Assembly: GCA_051531975.1 (NCBI GenBank)
Contig: JAOPTT010000006.1
Coordinates: 384,656-448,655, forward strand
DNA length: 64,000 nt
Direction of reading: 5' to 3'
From: Spirochaetaceae bacterium
GTDB lineage: Bacteria; Spirochaetota; Spirochaetia; DSM-2461
In this document: positions 40,198-50,923 of the stretch, in pieces
Layout of the letters: each line of letters opens with the position of its first letter
Numbering within the stretch: the first letter of the stretch is position 1
Notes under the pieces: generated by a model
The model's input: only the letters and a program-made list of their open reading frames with translations
Databases searched by the model: none
Told to the model about the DNA's origin: nothing
Position numbers and translations under genes: made by a program

Positions 40198-41058
40198 ATG
40201 ATGGATTTGAATAATAAAATTGATATTGAAAAATATAAAGAAATACAGAGACGATATACTGAAAAAGTTACAGTTATAGTTAATAAGGGTAAAGAAAAAG
40301 AAAGACATGAAGTTGTGACAGATTTACCAGAACCTAGTTTCAAGGAATGGAAAGTATCAGTTATTAACAATGATGGTTTAGGTAATATTTTAATAAGTAA
40401 GTGTGTATATGGGGAATCACGCTCTACAATAAAAAAGAAGTTATATTCATCAGAGTCATGGACTATTCTTTGTGATTGCCGTAATAAGGGTGAATTTGGT
40501 TTGTTTTGTAACCATAAGAAGGAAATTGCTCAGTTAAATTTTAATAACATAATAGGTTGGAATCCAGTTATACAAAAATATGTGGATAGTTGTAAGAATG
40601 ATATAGTAGATAAAAATCTTATATACTTACCAACTGATATTACAGAACCTTATATCAGATATTTAAAAATGAATAAGTTAATAGGCGATGTGAAGACCGA
40701 GGAAAAAAGCAAAATCATTTTAGACATTGGTTTACTTGGGTTTACTAGTCTACCTCAATTTAAAAACTTTATATTATACTTCTCTCTCAATAAATCATTA
40801 AATAAAGAGAGTGATATTAAAATAGAACCAGCTGATATCCATCAGTATATAAAATCACCAAAATTTAATAACTTCATCGATTTAAAACAATTTGTTGATA
40901 TGAGATTAGGACAAACTATAAGGTTTAACATACTTAATGAAAAGTTAGAGAAATTAGAAAATAAATTGGGTGTAAATATAGAAGAATTCGAGACAATTAA
41001 AGAAATTAAATTAGATTTTTGGAACTTCGGAGATGATATTAATAAGCACTATATTTAA
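40198..41058 (+). CDS. Hypothetical protein with a SWIM-like zinc finger
   Basis: CDCRNKGEFGLFCNHK motif. Confidence 0.65.
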   Translation: MMDLNNKIDIEKYKEIQRRYTEKVTVIVNKGKEKERHEVVTDLPEPSFKEWKVSVINNDGLGNILISKCVYGESRSTIKKKLYSSESWTILCDCRNKGEFGLFCNHKKEIAQLNFNNIIGWNPVIQKYVDSCKNDIVDKNLIYLPTDITEPYIRYLKMNKLIGDVKTEEKSKIILDIGLLGFTSLPQFKNFILYFSLNKSLNKESDIKIEPADIHQYIKSPKFNNFIDLKQFVDMRLGQTIRFNILNEKLEKLENKLGVNIEEFETIKEIKLDFWNFGDDINKHYI

Positions 41059-41087
41059 GATTAGAAATATATACTAAAGAGGTAGCA

Positions 41088-42398
41088 ATGAGTTATATCA
41101 TCATCATAGAAGCGTTAGTTATACTAATATTATTTGTTTTATTAGTAGTAACATTGATTGGTAAGTTTAAGATCAAAAAGAAATATTCACCTATTATTGA
41201 TATGGAAAAAGAAGTCAATAAAAGGTTAAAAGAAAAAAAATATGCTGAAATGGAAATTGAAGATCTTAGAACATCATATAAAGAGAAAAGAATAATATAT
41301 GATCAATTAGTACAAGAAGCAGCAATATATAATGAACAAATTGAATTAGCAGAGTTAGGTTTTTATTCTCCACAATACTCTTATGATACATCTGAAAAAA
41401 TTAAAGATACCATTGATAATGTAAAAAATAAACAAAAGTTAATGATAAAAGATAAAAGTGCTATTTATTGTAATACAGAGTGGACTGTAGAAGGTAGTAA
41501 AGCTAAAGGTAGAACAATGACTAATAGAAATATTAGGATGACAGCTAGAGCTTTCAATAACGAATGTGATTCAGCCATTTCCAGTACGAAATGGAATAAC
41601 GTATCAAGAATGGTTTCTAGAATTGAAAAAGCTTTTAGTGCAATTAACAAACTTAACGATTCCAATAAAATATATATTTCACCTGAATATTTATCTCTAA
41701 AGTTGGAGGAGCTAACCCTAACTCACGAATATAAAGAAAAAAAACAAGAAGAGAAAGAAGAACAAGCAGAATTAAAACGTCAAATGAAAGAAGAAGCTAA
41801 AATAGTTAAAGAAGCTGAGATAGCTGAAAAAGAGCTCTTAAAACAAGAAGAACTATTAAATAAAATAAGAAGAGAAGTAGAAGATGCTACAGGTGACAAA
41901 TTAAATCAACTGCAAAAACAAATTAACGATTATGAAGACGAAATAGAAAAGAACAAACGAAAAATATCATTAGCTCAACAAACTAAAAGAGGTGTAGTTT
42001 ATATAATTTCAAATATTGGATCATTTGGAGATAATATATATAAGATTGGAATGACTAGAAGAGAGGATCCAATGGAAAGAGTAAAGGAATTAAGCAGTGC
42101 TAGTGTTCCTTTTTCATTTGATATTCATGCTAAAATTAAGTCGGAAGATGCTCCAGCGTTAGAAAAATCACTACATAAGATATTTAAAGATAAACGAGTC
42201 AATTTAGTAAATAATCGTAAAGAATTTTTCAATGTTAACTTTGATAAAATCAGAAAAGAAGTTGATCAATTAGAGCTTAATGCAGAAATATTTGAAACAA
42301 TTGAAGCTAGGGAATATCGTGAAACCCAGGCATTACGTAAGGAAAAAGTATTAATTGAAAATGAGAAGAATACTGTAGAACTACCACAAAGCATCTAA
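41088..42398 (+). CDS. TM-DUF4041-T5orf172 (GIY-YIG-like) nuclease, PD-lambda-1/SNIPE-like architecture
   Basis: N-terminal TM helix; WTVEGSKAKG...RAFNNECD (DUF4041); GVVYIISNIGSFG..YKIGMTRR.DP.ERVKELSSASVPFSFDIH and RKEFF. Confidence 0.9.
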   Translation: MSYIIIIEALVILILFVLLVVTLIGKFKIKKKYSPIIDMEKEVNKRLKEKKYAEMEIEDLRTSYKEKRIIYDQLVQEAAIYNEQIELAELGFYSPQYSYDTSEKIKDTIDNVKNKQKLMIKDKSAIYCNTEWTVEGSKAKGRTMTNRNIRMTARAFNNECDSAISSTKWNNVSRMVSRIEKAFSAINKLNDSNKIYISPEYLSLKLEELTLTHEYKEKKQEEKEEQAELKRQMKEEAKIVKEAEIAEKELLKQEELLNKIRREVEDATGDKLNQLQKQINDYEDEIEKNKRKISLAQQTKRGVVYIISNIGSFGDNIYKIGMTRREDPMERVKELSSASVPFSFDIHAKIKSEDAPALEKSLHKIFKDKRVNLVNNRKEFFNVNFDKIRKEVDQLELNAEIFETIEAREYRETQALRKEKVLIENEKNTVELPQSI

Positions 42399-42454
42399 AA
42401 AGGCAGGGATTTGCTAGGAGAAATTATTATATTATTTAACAATGGGGGAATCAA

Positions 42455-43396
42455 TTGCCATACGACTTAACTAAAAGATTAGTAATTGGGTTATCATCAA
42501 GTGCGCTTTTTGATCTACAGGATGCTGATTATATCTTTAGAACTAAAGGTGAAGAAAGCTATAGAGAGTACCAATTTACAAATAAAAATATCCCACTAAG
42601 TAAAGGTGTTGCTTTTCCTTTTATTAGAAGATTATTGCAATTAAATAAGTTAAGGCCAGATGATCCTCTGGTTGAAGTTATACTTATGTCTAGAAATGAC
42701 CCTGATACAGGACTAAGAGTAATGAACTCAATAGAGCATTATGGCTTGGGTATTACTAGGGCTATTTTTACACAAGGAAGATCTCCTAAAAAATTCATAC
42801 CAGCTTTTGATATAGAACTATTTTTATCTTCTAGTTCCACTGATGTAAATGAAGCTACTCTCGCAGGTTACCCTGCAGGTCAAATATTAACAAACTCAAC
42901 GATAAATATAGTAGATGATGAAGTTGATAAAGAATTAAGAATTGCATTCGACTTTGATGGTGTTATTGCTGATGATGAATCTGAAAAAGTTTTAAAAGAA
43001 CATAATAATCTTAATGAATTTCATGAACATGAAATATTGAATAATGATAAATCACATAATCCAGGTCCATTAAAAAAATTTTTAGAAAGGATTTCCTATA
43101 TACAGAAATTGGAACTTGAAAAGAAAAAGGTAGATTCTTCATATATTCCAATGTTAAGGATTTCAATAGTGACAGCTAGAAATGCACCCTCACATAAGAG
43201 AGTTATTCAAACAATGAGAGATTGGAATATAATGATAAATGAAGCTTATTTTATGGGTGGTATTGCTAAAAACAATGTTCTTGAAGTACTTAGACCTCAT
43301 ATTTATTTTGATGACCAAAAATTACATTTAGATCCAAGTTCTAAAGTCTTTACTTCAGTACACATCCCTTTTGGGGTTACAAATTCAAAATTATAA
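42455..43396 (+). CDS. 5'-nucleotidase (cytosolic IMP/AMP-type HAD family)
   Basis: LVIGLSSSALFDL, LRIAFDFDGVIADDESE, VTARNAPSH.R, PHIYFDDQ; TTG start with GGGGG RBS. Confidence 0.9.
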   Translation: MPYDLTKRLVIGLSSSALFDLQDADYIFRTKGEESYREYQFTNKNIPLSKGVAFPFIRRLLQLNKLRPDDPLVEVILMSRNDPDTGLRVMNSIEHYGLGITRAIFTQGRSPKKFIPAFDIELFLSSSSTDVNEATLAGYPAGQILTNSTINIVDDEVDKELRIAFDFDGVIADDESEKVLKEHNNLNEFHEHEILNNDKSHNPGPLKKFLERISYIQKLELEKKKVDSSYIPMLRISIVTARNAPSHKRVIQTMRDWNIMINEAYFMGGIAKNNVLEVLRPHIYFDDQKLHLDPSSKVFTSVHIPFGVTNSKL

Positions 43397-43438
43397 AAAT
43401 GAAATTAAAAAGAAATTAACAAAGGAAAAAACAACAGA

Positions 43439-44560
43439 ATGAAAAAGGTATTGTATCTAGTAATTATAGCAGTTAGTTTATTTGGATTTTCATGTTCAAG
43501 TAAGAAAGAAGTAATATCACAGGACATGGTTGTGATAACTGATGTTATGGGTAGAGAAGTTTCTATTCCTGTTCGTCCAGAGCGTATAGTAATTGGAGAT
43601 CATTATTGGGAGACCTTTATGGTTGGTGGTGACGATGTATTTGATAACGTTGTAGGCTGGAGTGCAACAACTTGGGTAAAGTGGAGGAACAGTATCTATA
43701 AAGAGTTTGCTAAGGCTGTTCCTCGTTTATATGAATTAGTAGATGTAGGACTTACATTTAATCAGACATTTGATATTGAAAAGTTTTTATCGTTAGATCC
43801 AGATTTATTAATCCTTCCTGTATATCAATATGAACCACTAGATGCAGGTATAAAAGAAGCTATAACTTTTGCAGGTGTTCCAATTGTATTAATAGATTTT
43901 TCAGCAGGAACTAAAGAACTTCACAACAGAAGCATCGATATCTTAGGGCAAATATTTAATCAAAATGAAAGAGCAACAGAGATAAATAGTATTTATAATA
44001 AGTATCTAGGTATTATTGAAACAAGATTATCAGAGTTAACAGAACAACCTACAGTTTATCTTGAAAAAGGTTCAAAAGGACCTGCAATATTTGACGAAAC
44101 ATGGGGAAGTTCAAACTGGGCGCCAGTACTAACAAGAGCTGGTGGTTTTAATATCTCCCAAAAAATAATCAAAGGTGTTGGAAATGCTGATAACGAATTT
44201 ATGTTAACAGAAAACCCAGATTTTATATTTTTTACAGGATCCACATGGCCAACAAAAACCGAAGCTATTCAATTAGGTTTTAATATTAACAAAGCTGATA
44301 CTAAAAAAACTGCTATGCGATATGTAGATGAAAGAGAAGGATGGAATCAATTAAATGCTATACAAAATAAAAATGTATATGTAATGCATCATGGATTCAT
44401 AAGATCTGTATTGGATTTTCTACCATCAATTTATATAGCTGAAAAGATTCATCCAGAACTGTTTACAGACTTAAATGCAGAAGAGATAGCTATGCAATTC
44501 TTTAATGACTATTTACCAGTTGATTTTCATGGATCTTGGCTCTGCTCATTATATGAATAA
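43439..44560 (+). CDS. Iron-siderophore/cobalamin-type ABC substrate-binding lipoprotein
   Basis: Lipobox FSC; ITDVMGREV.IP..PERIV, LDPDLLI, ENPDFIF, W..LNAIQNKNVY. Confidence 0.88.
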   Translation: MKKVLYLVIIAVSLFGFSCSSKKEVISQDMVVITDVMGREVSIPVRPERIVIGDHYWETFMVGGDDVFDNVVGWSATTWVKWRNSIYKEFAKAVPRLYELVDVGLTFNQTFDIEKFLSLDPDLLILPVYQYEPLDAGIKEAITFAGVPIVLIDFSAGTKELHNRSIDILGQIFNQNERATEINSIYNKYLGIIETRLSELTEQPTVYLEKGSKGPAIFDETWGSSNWAPVLTRAGGFNISQKIIKGVGNADNEFMLTENPDFIFFTGSTWPTKTEAIQLGFNINKADTKKTAMRYVDEREGWNQLNAIQNKNVYVMHHGFIRSVLDFLPSIYIAEKIHPELFTDLNAEEIAMQFFNDYLPVDFHGSWLCSLYE

Positions 44561-45506
44561 AAATATAAGGTTTTTAACTATAATTTCAATATTAATTGTA
44601 ACACTTTTAGTCTTTTCATTCATTGTTCTCTTTATGGGGATAAATTTTGAGAATCAAAAAGTAGCAGCAATAATATTCGGAATACGTAAAAAACAGTTAT
44701 TAGGGGCTATCTCTATTGGAGGTGGCTTAGCTATAGCTGGTACAGTACTTCAAACCTACTTCAATAATAGTTTAGCATCCCCTCATACATTAGGAATTAT
44801 CTCATTATCAGGTGTTGGTGCCGCCCTATCTATTGTATTTGGATTATCTACAGTTTATCAGTTTGGTTTTGCATTAGGTGGTGCCCTACTCTTATTTATT
44901 TTGATCTCATATTCTAAAATGAAACACTCTAATATTATCTTTATAGGTATTTTTTTAAACTTTGTAGGAGATAGTCTTATAATGTGGATAAAATATTTAT
45001 TTGCGAAAATTGAAGATTACGCATCAATTGACTATTGGTTCTGGGGAAGTTTAGAAAAGATAACATCTAAGTCACAATGGTGGCTGCTCATATTAATAAT
45101 ACCAATATTAGTGATCATATTTAAATCATCAAATTTTCTAGATCTGATATCCCAGGGAATTGAACATCAGAAAAATATCAGTTTTGATAGAAAAAGATTT
45201 AATATACATGAGAGAGTATTAATTTTAATGACTGCAATAATAGTTGCAATCTCAACAATAACAACAGGTAAAATAGGTTTTATCGGATTAATGGCACCTC
45301 ATATAGCTAAAAAAATTGGATATGGGTTTGAGCATAAAAAATTACTTATAATCTCTCTGTTAGTTGGAGCAAATATTCTAACAATTAGTCTATTTTTACA
45401 AATACTACTTAAAAACATAGAGCTAGGAAAGTTTCCAATAGGTCTACTACTATCAATCCCAGGTATTATTACATTCTTTTATATATTAAGAGGTAATAAC
45501 AGGTGA
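44553..45506 (+). CDS. FecCD/BtuC-family ABC permease
   Basis: GGLAIAGTVLQ..FNN.LASP.TLGI, WFWGSL, GKIGFIGLMAPHIA; start at 44553 overlaps the upstream stop. Confidence 0.88.
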   Translation: MNKNIRFLTIISILIVTLLVFSFIVLFMGINFENQKVAAIIFGIRKKQLLGAISIGGGLAIAGTVLQTYFNNSLASPHTLGIISLSGVGAALSIVFGLSTVYQFGFALGGALLLFILISYSKMKHSNIIFIGIFLNFVGDSLIMWIKYLFAKIEDYASIDYWFWGSLEKITSKSQWWLLILIIPILVIIFKSSNFLDLISQGIEHQKNISFDRKRFNIHERVLILMTAIIVAISTITTGKIGFIGLMAPHIAKKIGYGFEHKKLLIISLLVGANILTISLFLQILLKNIELGKFPIGLLLSIPGIITFFYILRGNNR

Positions 45507-46192
45507 TCTACATAGATGAAATAAATATTAATTACAAAGAAAAAAAACTACTAACAAATACAAGTCTAAAATTAGACAATGGAATATTTTACTGTTTTAT
45601 TGGTAGAAATGGATCTGGTAAAACTTCACTATTCAACTATTTTAAAAAAAATTATTCTAACAAGTTTAATATTAGGATGCTAAAGCAGAATCAGAACATT
45701 GAATCTTCATATGGAATATCTCTATGGGATTTTTTAAAATCATATTGTATCTTTGAACGTATATTGGAATGGGAACAGCTTATCATTAAATATTTAACAA
45801 AGTTTGATCTATATGATAAAAGATTTCAATTAATTGATAGCTTAAGTGGTGGAGAAAAACAGAGAATGTTCTTGGCTCAAATACTTTTAGGTGAATCTGA
45901 ACTGATACTCTTAGATGAATCTTTCTCCAACTTAGATATTGGACATAAAATTGAATATTACGGTTTATTCAAAGAAGAAGCAAAGTGTCGTGACATACCT
46001 ATAATACTAATTGAACACGATTTAAGGTTTGCATTGGAATTTTCAAAGAACATACTTTTTTGTCATACAAAAGGACAATCACTAGAAGCTTATTTATCAG
46101 ATTCAACAGAGTTGCCTATGATTATTAAACAGGAGTTTGGAATATCAATTTCATCAGAAAACAGATATCTTTTGTTAGATAAAAATATATAA
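45503..46192 (+). CDS. ABC transporter ATP-binding protein
   Basis: GRNGSGKT, LSGGEKQR, ILLDE, IEHDL. Confidence 0.9.
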   Translation: MIYIDEININYKEKKLLTNTSLKLDNGIFYCFIGRNGSGKTSLFNYFKKNYSNKFNIRMLKQNQNIESSYGISLWDFLKSYCIFERILEWEQLIIKYLTKFDLYDKRFQLIDSLSGGEKQRMFLAQILLGESELILLDESFSNLDIGHKIEYYGLFKEEAKCRDIPIILIEHDLRFALEFSKNILFCHTKGQSLEAYLSDSTELPMIIKQEFGISISSENRYLLLDKNI

Positions 46193-46550
46193 CATCTAAA
46201 TACACAAAAAGTAATTGTTAAAATCAAATCCACCCAATAGAACCAAGATCACCAAATGAGCTTGGTTCTACGAGATCTTTGGGAATTTGTCATCTATTAT
46301 TCAGGTGTAGTATAAATATTTCTGACAACTCAAAATCCTATCCCAACTACTCCATCACTTGCTTCTTATTATGTCTTTTACAATCCGATATGGTTTAACT
46401 CAAGATTAACCCCACAGACTAAATCATTAACTAATAAAAGCAGATGAATCTTTGAAATGAATCCCAAATACAACTATCTAATTGAACCAATTAGTTCATA
46501 TAATATAGAAATAAAATATGATTATTAGACAATTAGATTTATGTATTCTT

Positions 46551-46748
46551 TCAATATATTGGATTTATAGATATTAAGGGGATGCCTAGATCACGTAACT
46601 GCTTTAATAAACCATGTAGTGCTACCTGATCTTTTACATCCCCTGATAATACCGTTTCATCTTTATTATCTAGCTTCATAGCCATTCCATAAAACCTATC
46701 AGAACAGCTAATATTTAGGTGACCTTTAACTTTTATCTGATAATTCAT
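46551..46748 (-). CDS. Small conserved protein typically linked to MalT-like LuxR regulators
   Basis: MNYQIKVKGHL...TVLSGDVKDQVALHGLL..LRDLGIPLISIN; overlaps the upstream gene's stop. Confidence 0.7.
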   Translation of the reverse strand: MNYQIKVKGHLNISCSDRFYGMAMKLDNKDETVLSGDVKDQVALHGLLKQLRDLGIPLISINPIY

Positions 46749-47373
46749 AAATCCCAAGCCATATAAACCATACAATTTGTATCATTCCAAAAATAATAGC
46801 TGTAATAGCTGCTAAAGGAGGTATCGTAGAAAGAACTCCTGCACAACCGACAATTATTCCTATTATATTAAGAGCTTTTGGTAATTTTTTTATTTTAAGG
46901 GCAGCTATACTAACCAGAAGAATCCATAAACCTCCAACTATTTCATTTCCACCTCCAATTCCATCTGCAATAGATTCTATGGCGAGCCAAACTGTTCCTG
47001 CCTGTTCGGGGTTTTCAGAATAAAGATTAATAACTGTTTCCATTCCAATATTATGGATCATACCAGCAGCAATAACTAAAGTACTCCAAATGAGTCCTAA
47101 ACTAGTTGCTATTAGCATAATAACTTGTGATCCCTCTTTTAGACGATTATAAAGAGCAAGTGATAGAATAATCATAAACACACCAAAAAAAACATAAATA
47201 ATTAAATTCAGTATATAAATGGTTGTCTGGTTATCAATAAAAAAAGCTACTTTTTTTACAGAGCTGTCAATTCCTGAATAGTCTAATAGGAAAATAAAGA
47301 ATAACATTCCAATTATGTATGCAGCCCCTTCATATAGTGCGGCAATCCCACCCAATTTTTTTAAATTTTTCAT
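46726..47373 (-). CDS. DUF4386-like integral membrane protein
   Basis: About six TM helices, GGGNEIVGGLW motif; AGGAG RBS. Confidence 0.7.
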   Translation of the reverse strand: MKNLKKLGGIAALYEGAAYIIGMLFFIFLLDYSGIDSSVKKVAFFIDNQTTIYILNLIIYVFFGVFMIILSLALYNRLKEGSQVIMLIATSLGLIWSTLVIAAGMIHNIGMETVINLYSENPEQAGTVWLAIESIADGIGGGNEIVGGLWILLVSIAALKIKKLPKALNIIGIIVGCAGVLSTIPPLAAITAIIFGMIQIVWFIWLGIYELSDKS

Positions 47374-47424
47374 AATAAATCTCCTTGATATATATAAAAT
47401 ATAAGTCAGGTCAAGAGATATTTA

Positions 47425-47445
47425 TAGACACTAAAGTGTTGTTTT
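47425..47445 (-). promoter_or_regulatory. 21-bp putative operator, copy A
   Basis: tagacactaaagtgttgtttt is the exact reverse complement of 50083-50103; palindromic core acact-aa-agtgt. Confidence 0.7.
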
Positions 47446-50013
47446 TTATTTGAGGATTTTAAGTTCTCTAGCTCTGCTTATGGCTAGAGTCCTAGTTTTT
47501 ACACCAAGTTTTCCATAAATTCTTCTATTATGGCCCTTAACTGTATCCAGAGCAAGAAATAGTTTATCGCAGATTTCTCTGTTGGATAATCCTTTTGAAA
47601 GGAGATTAAGAACCTCAATCTCTCTTTTACTTAAAGACTCAACTAGGGTTTGATTTTCTATATCAAATAATGGAAGTATTTTACTTATAAATGAGTTTGT
47701 TATTCCAACTGTTTCAGCTTCTAACAATAAATCGTACATCATTTTACCTTCATCGATAAATATTCGAATGAAATTTTCTGTTTCTGCTAATTTAAATACC
47801 TTCTGGAGAGTATCAAAAGCAGTTTGTTTATCCCCGTTTATATAATGAGCAACTGTTTGAAGAATCTGAATATTCAAACTATGTTTTTCATTCTTTAATA
47901 TTTCCAAAACTTCTAATGGTTTATGTGCTGCAAGTAGAACCCTTGCTTTAGAAATTGGAAGGTTGTGCTCCCTAGCAATTTGTAAAGCAGATTCGAGATC
48001 ACCTTGTTTTATATTTAATTCTACCATCATCTCTATTAGATCTGGAATTCTGTGAGTATAATTATCCTGATATACGGTGTCTTTTACAACTTTTAGCATT
48101 ATTGAAGCTTCATCTAGATCACCTGTCACTATTTTTAAACGGATTGAAAATAGGTCGGCAATGATAAAACGGTCAATAACTTTTTCAAATTTTCGTGCTA
48201 GATTAACACCTCTTTCACAATATTCATTGGCTTTTTCTAAGTTGTTCCACAGATAGTGAATTCTTGCCAAACCTAAATAAACATCACATAAAACTGGTAA
48301 TGGTTGTTTACCTACCTGTTTAAGCACATTGTTATATGTTTCTGCTGCCTTATGAAGTCTGTTCTCCATTTCCTGTATAAAACCAAGACCAGCTTCTGAT
48401 AATATTGCAAAAAGATAATTTCCAGATGTATTACCAATTGATATAGCTGTATTATAACTCTTTTCTGCATTTCTATAATCACACTTAATTTCATAAGACT
48501 GTGCTAATGTCCAGTTTGATACAGTCCTAGAAGACATATTTTTAGGGTGTAGGTATTTAAGAGCCTTTAATGATTGTATATAAATAGTTTCATCATCATA
48601 TGTAGTAACTGCTAATATCGCCCTTAAAGAGGCTATACGGCCTATTAGATCTTTAACATCATCTGTAATAATGTCTCCAATAGCCTGCTCTGCAGCCTGT
48701 AATTTTTCTTCAATACCTGTAATTATTCCAATTCCAATTAAGGCCGATGCATATGTTATCCAGAGTAGAGGTTTTTCATCCTTAACTTTAGTGGGAAGAG
48801 ACTGTAACCAATCTATAATAAGTTTAACCGTCCTCTGATCGTGCCGGGGTATTCCATTCCCTTCAAGAAGATATATTGTTCTGTCTATATCCCCGGCTAT
48901 TGTGGATTGTTTAAATGACTCGATATAAAATCCATTCTCTTCGTACCACAAACTGGCTCTAATATGTAACTCATTAGAAACTATTTTACTCTTTATTAAT
49001 CGATGTTTAAGAAGTTCTGCAAAAAGATGATGATATCTATACCACTCTCTTTCATTATCCAATGGGATAATAAACATATTTAACTGTTCAAGTTTTTCTA
49101 ACATATCCTGCCCAGAAGTTGTGTGGTTCAGAATTATCCCATCACACAGTGATCCACACATACGATCAAGTATAGAAGTTTGAAGAAGAAAAGTTAAAAC
49201 CTCATCATTTTGCAAATTCAATACCTCTTCTATAAGATAATCGAGGACAAAGTTGTGGCTTGCACCAAATGTCTCAATGAAATTAGAAGAGTTATCTTTT
49301 CCCTCTATGGATATAGCTGCCAGTTGTAGGCCGGTGATCCAACCTTCTGTTTTACTTTCCAATATTGAAATATCACTCTGTATAAGATTTAGTTTCATAA
49401 CCTTATTTAGAAAATCTGTGGTTTCTAAAGCAGTAAATCGCAAATCAGAAGCCCTAAGTTCTATCATTTTCCCAGTTGCTCTTAATTTTGCTAGTTGTAA
49501 ATTAGGATCTTCCCTTGAAACAATAGTAAGGTGCATTTTATTAGGCATATTTTTTAATAAATAGTTAATAATATTATCAATTTCTTTGGAATCCACAACA
49601 TGATAATCATCTAGAATAAAGATAAAGTCTTCAGTTATTAGTGCTATTTCATTTATAATCTTAGACAGAGATATATCAGTTTCCGGAGGATCTGGTGATT
49701 GAAGTTCCATTAACAGTTCCAATCCTATATCTTTATATACTCTGTTTATTCCGCAGACAAAATAAGTCAAAAATACCAGAGGGTCACTGTGTTCTTCGTC
49801 TAACGATAACCACATTACAGGTCGGTTTAACCCCGAAACCCATTCACTAACTATAGTAGTTTTTCCAAATCCTGCAGAAGCAGAAATTAGAATAAACTTA
49901 GCTTGTTGTCCATCATTCAGTTTCTTAATTAAATGAGGTCTTGGAATAGTTTTTGACTGAAAAGGAGGTATATACAGCTTTGTAGTTAAGATAGGTATGG
50001 GCATTTGTTTCAT
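47446..50013 (-). CDS. MalT-like STAND/LuxR transcriptional regulator
   Basis: TKLYIPP, ASAGFGKTT Walker A, ILDDYH, TEGWITGLQL, WYRYHHLFAE, TPR region, C-terminal LuxR HTH (LSKREIEVL...TVKGH.RRIYGKLGV); start at 50013 has an AGGAG RBS. Confidence 0.95.
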   Translation of the reverse strand: MKQMPIPILTTKLYIPPFQSKTIPRPHLIKKLNDGQQAKFILISASAGFGKTTIVSEWVSGLNRPVMWLSLDEEHSDPLVFLTYFVCGINRVYKDIGLELLMELQSPDPPETDISLSKIINEIALITEDFIFILDDYHVVDSKEIDNIINYLLKNMPNKMHLTIVSREDPNLQLAKLRATGKMIELRASDLRFTALETTDFLNKVMKLNLIQSDISILESKTEGWITGLQLAAISIEGKDNSSNFIETFGASHNFVLDYLIEEVLNLQNDEVLTFLLQTSILDRMCGSLCDGIILNHTTSGQDMLEKLEQLNMFIIPLDNEREWYRYHHLFAELLKHRLIKSKIVSNELHIRASLWYEENGFYIESFKQSTIAGDIDRTIYLLEGNGIPRHDQRTVKLIIDWLQSLPTKVKDEKPLLWITYASALIGIGIITGIEEKLQAAEQAIGDIITDDVKDLIGRIASLRAILAVTTYDDETIYIQSLKALKYLHPKNMSSRTVSNWTLAQSYEIKCDYRNAEKSYNTAISIGNTSGNYLFAILSEAGLGFIQEMENRLHKAAETYNNVLKQVGKQPLPVLCDVYLGLARIHYLWNNLEKANEYCERGVNLARKFEKVIDRFIIADLFSIRLKIVTGDLDEASIMLKVVKDTVYQDNYTHRIPDLIEMMVELNIKQGDLESALQIAREHNLPISKARVLLAAHKPLEVLEILKNEKHSLNIQILQTVAHYINGDKQTAFDTLQKVFKLAETENFIRIFIDEGKMMYDLLLEAETVGITNSFISKILPLFDIENQTLVESLSKREIEVLNLLSKGLSNREICDKLFLALDTVKGHNRRIYGKLGVKTRTLAISRARELKILK

Positions 50014-50082
50014 TATACTCCTGTTTCTGCTTTCATTCACATAAAATATACTAATATTAAAGTATAAATTTTATGTAACATC

Positions 50083-50103
50083 AAAACAACACTTTAGTGT
50101 CTA
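50083..50103 (+). promoter_or_regulatory. 21-bp putative operator, copy B
   Basis: aaaacaacactttagtgtcta, about 58 bp before the ATG at 50161, followed by TATAAT. Confidence 0.7.
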
Positions 50104-50160
50104 AGTATAGAAGGACACAGAGTATATAATTAGAAATATATAACATTATAGGAGATTTTA

Positions 50161-50814
50161 ATGATAAAAAAGACATTGTTGGTTTTGCTGATATTAACAG
50201 CTTCAACTATTTTTTCTAATAATATTGCAGTTTTAAATAGAGCAATGGACAAGATAAGTATTGATGATAATAAGTTTAGTTTTGAATTAACTACAAAGAC
50301 AATAGAGGATGATAAAACAGATATTATTACTGTATCTTTTAATCCCCAGGATAATCCACAATACCAACTTCTTTTGAAGAATGGTGAAAAACCAACACAA
50401 AAAGAGATTAAAGCTTATTATAAAGAACTTGAAGAAGAAGATGAATCCGGAATGGATGGCATGTTTGGTGATGATAACTATGTTTTTATTTCTGAGGAAG
50501 ATGGAATAATGCAATATAGTTTTGATACAGTGCTTGATTTCATGCCTGGAAAAGCTTCAAAGATGACAGGTCTTATATGGGTCGATGAAAAACTAGAAAT
50601 AATCACAAAAATAAAGTTAATAAATGAAGAGAAAATGAAAATAGCTTTAGGTATATCATTGTCAGAGTTTGTTTTAGAATTTAGTTTTGAACCATTTAAT
50701 AATGAGTTATGTGTAATGACAAGTACAAATATGGATATGAAGGGAAAAGCTGTCTTATTTGATTTTGAAATGAGATCCATAAGTCGAATGTATAATTACG
50801 CTTTAGTTAACTGA
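50161..50814 (+). CDS. Hypothetical exported protein
   Basis: Signal peptide, GGAG RBS, beta-rich mature part. Confidence 0.75.
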   Translation: MIKKTLLVLLILTASTIFSNNIAVLNRAMDKISIDDNKFSFELTTKTIEDDKTDIITVSFNPQDNPQYQLLLKNGEKPTQKEIKAYYKELEEEDESGMDGMFGDDNYVFISEEDGIMQYSFDTVLDFMPGKASKMTGLIWVDEKLEIITKIKLINEEKMKIALGISLSEFVLEFSFEPFNNELCVMTSTNMDMKGKAVLFDFEMRSISRMYNYALVN

Positions 50815-50923
50815 TGGATTATCTGGTTTTTAGCTATTATGAATTCCTAATATGATTTTAAAATTTATTTGCTTTGTTTTTAGCTCTTTTTGTGATAAAA
50901 ATTATTTAATAAAAGGAATAAAA

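Noticed and set aside
46193..46550. Possible gene remnant and hairpin agaaccaag...cttggttct between convergent genes
   Set aside because: May be a terminator or decayed ORF, but no family could be recognised.
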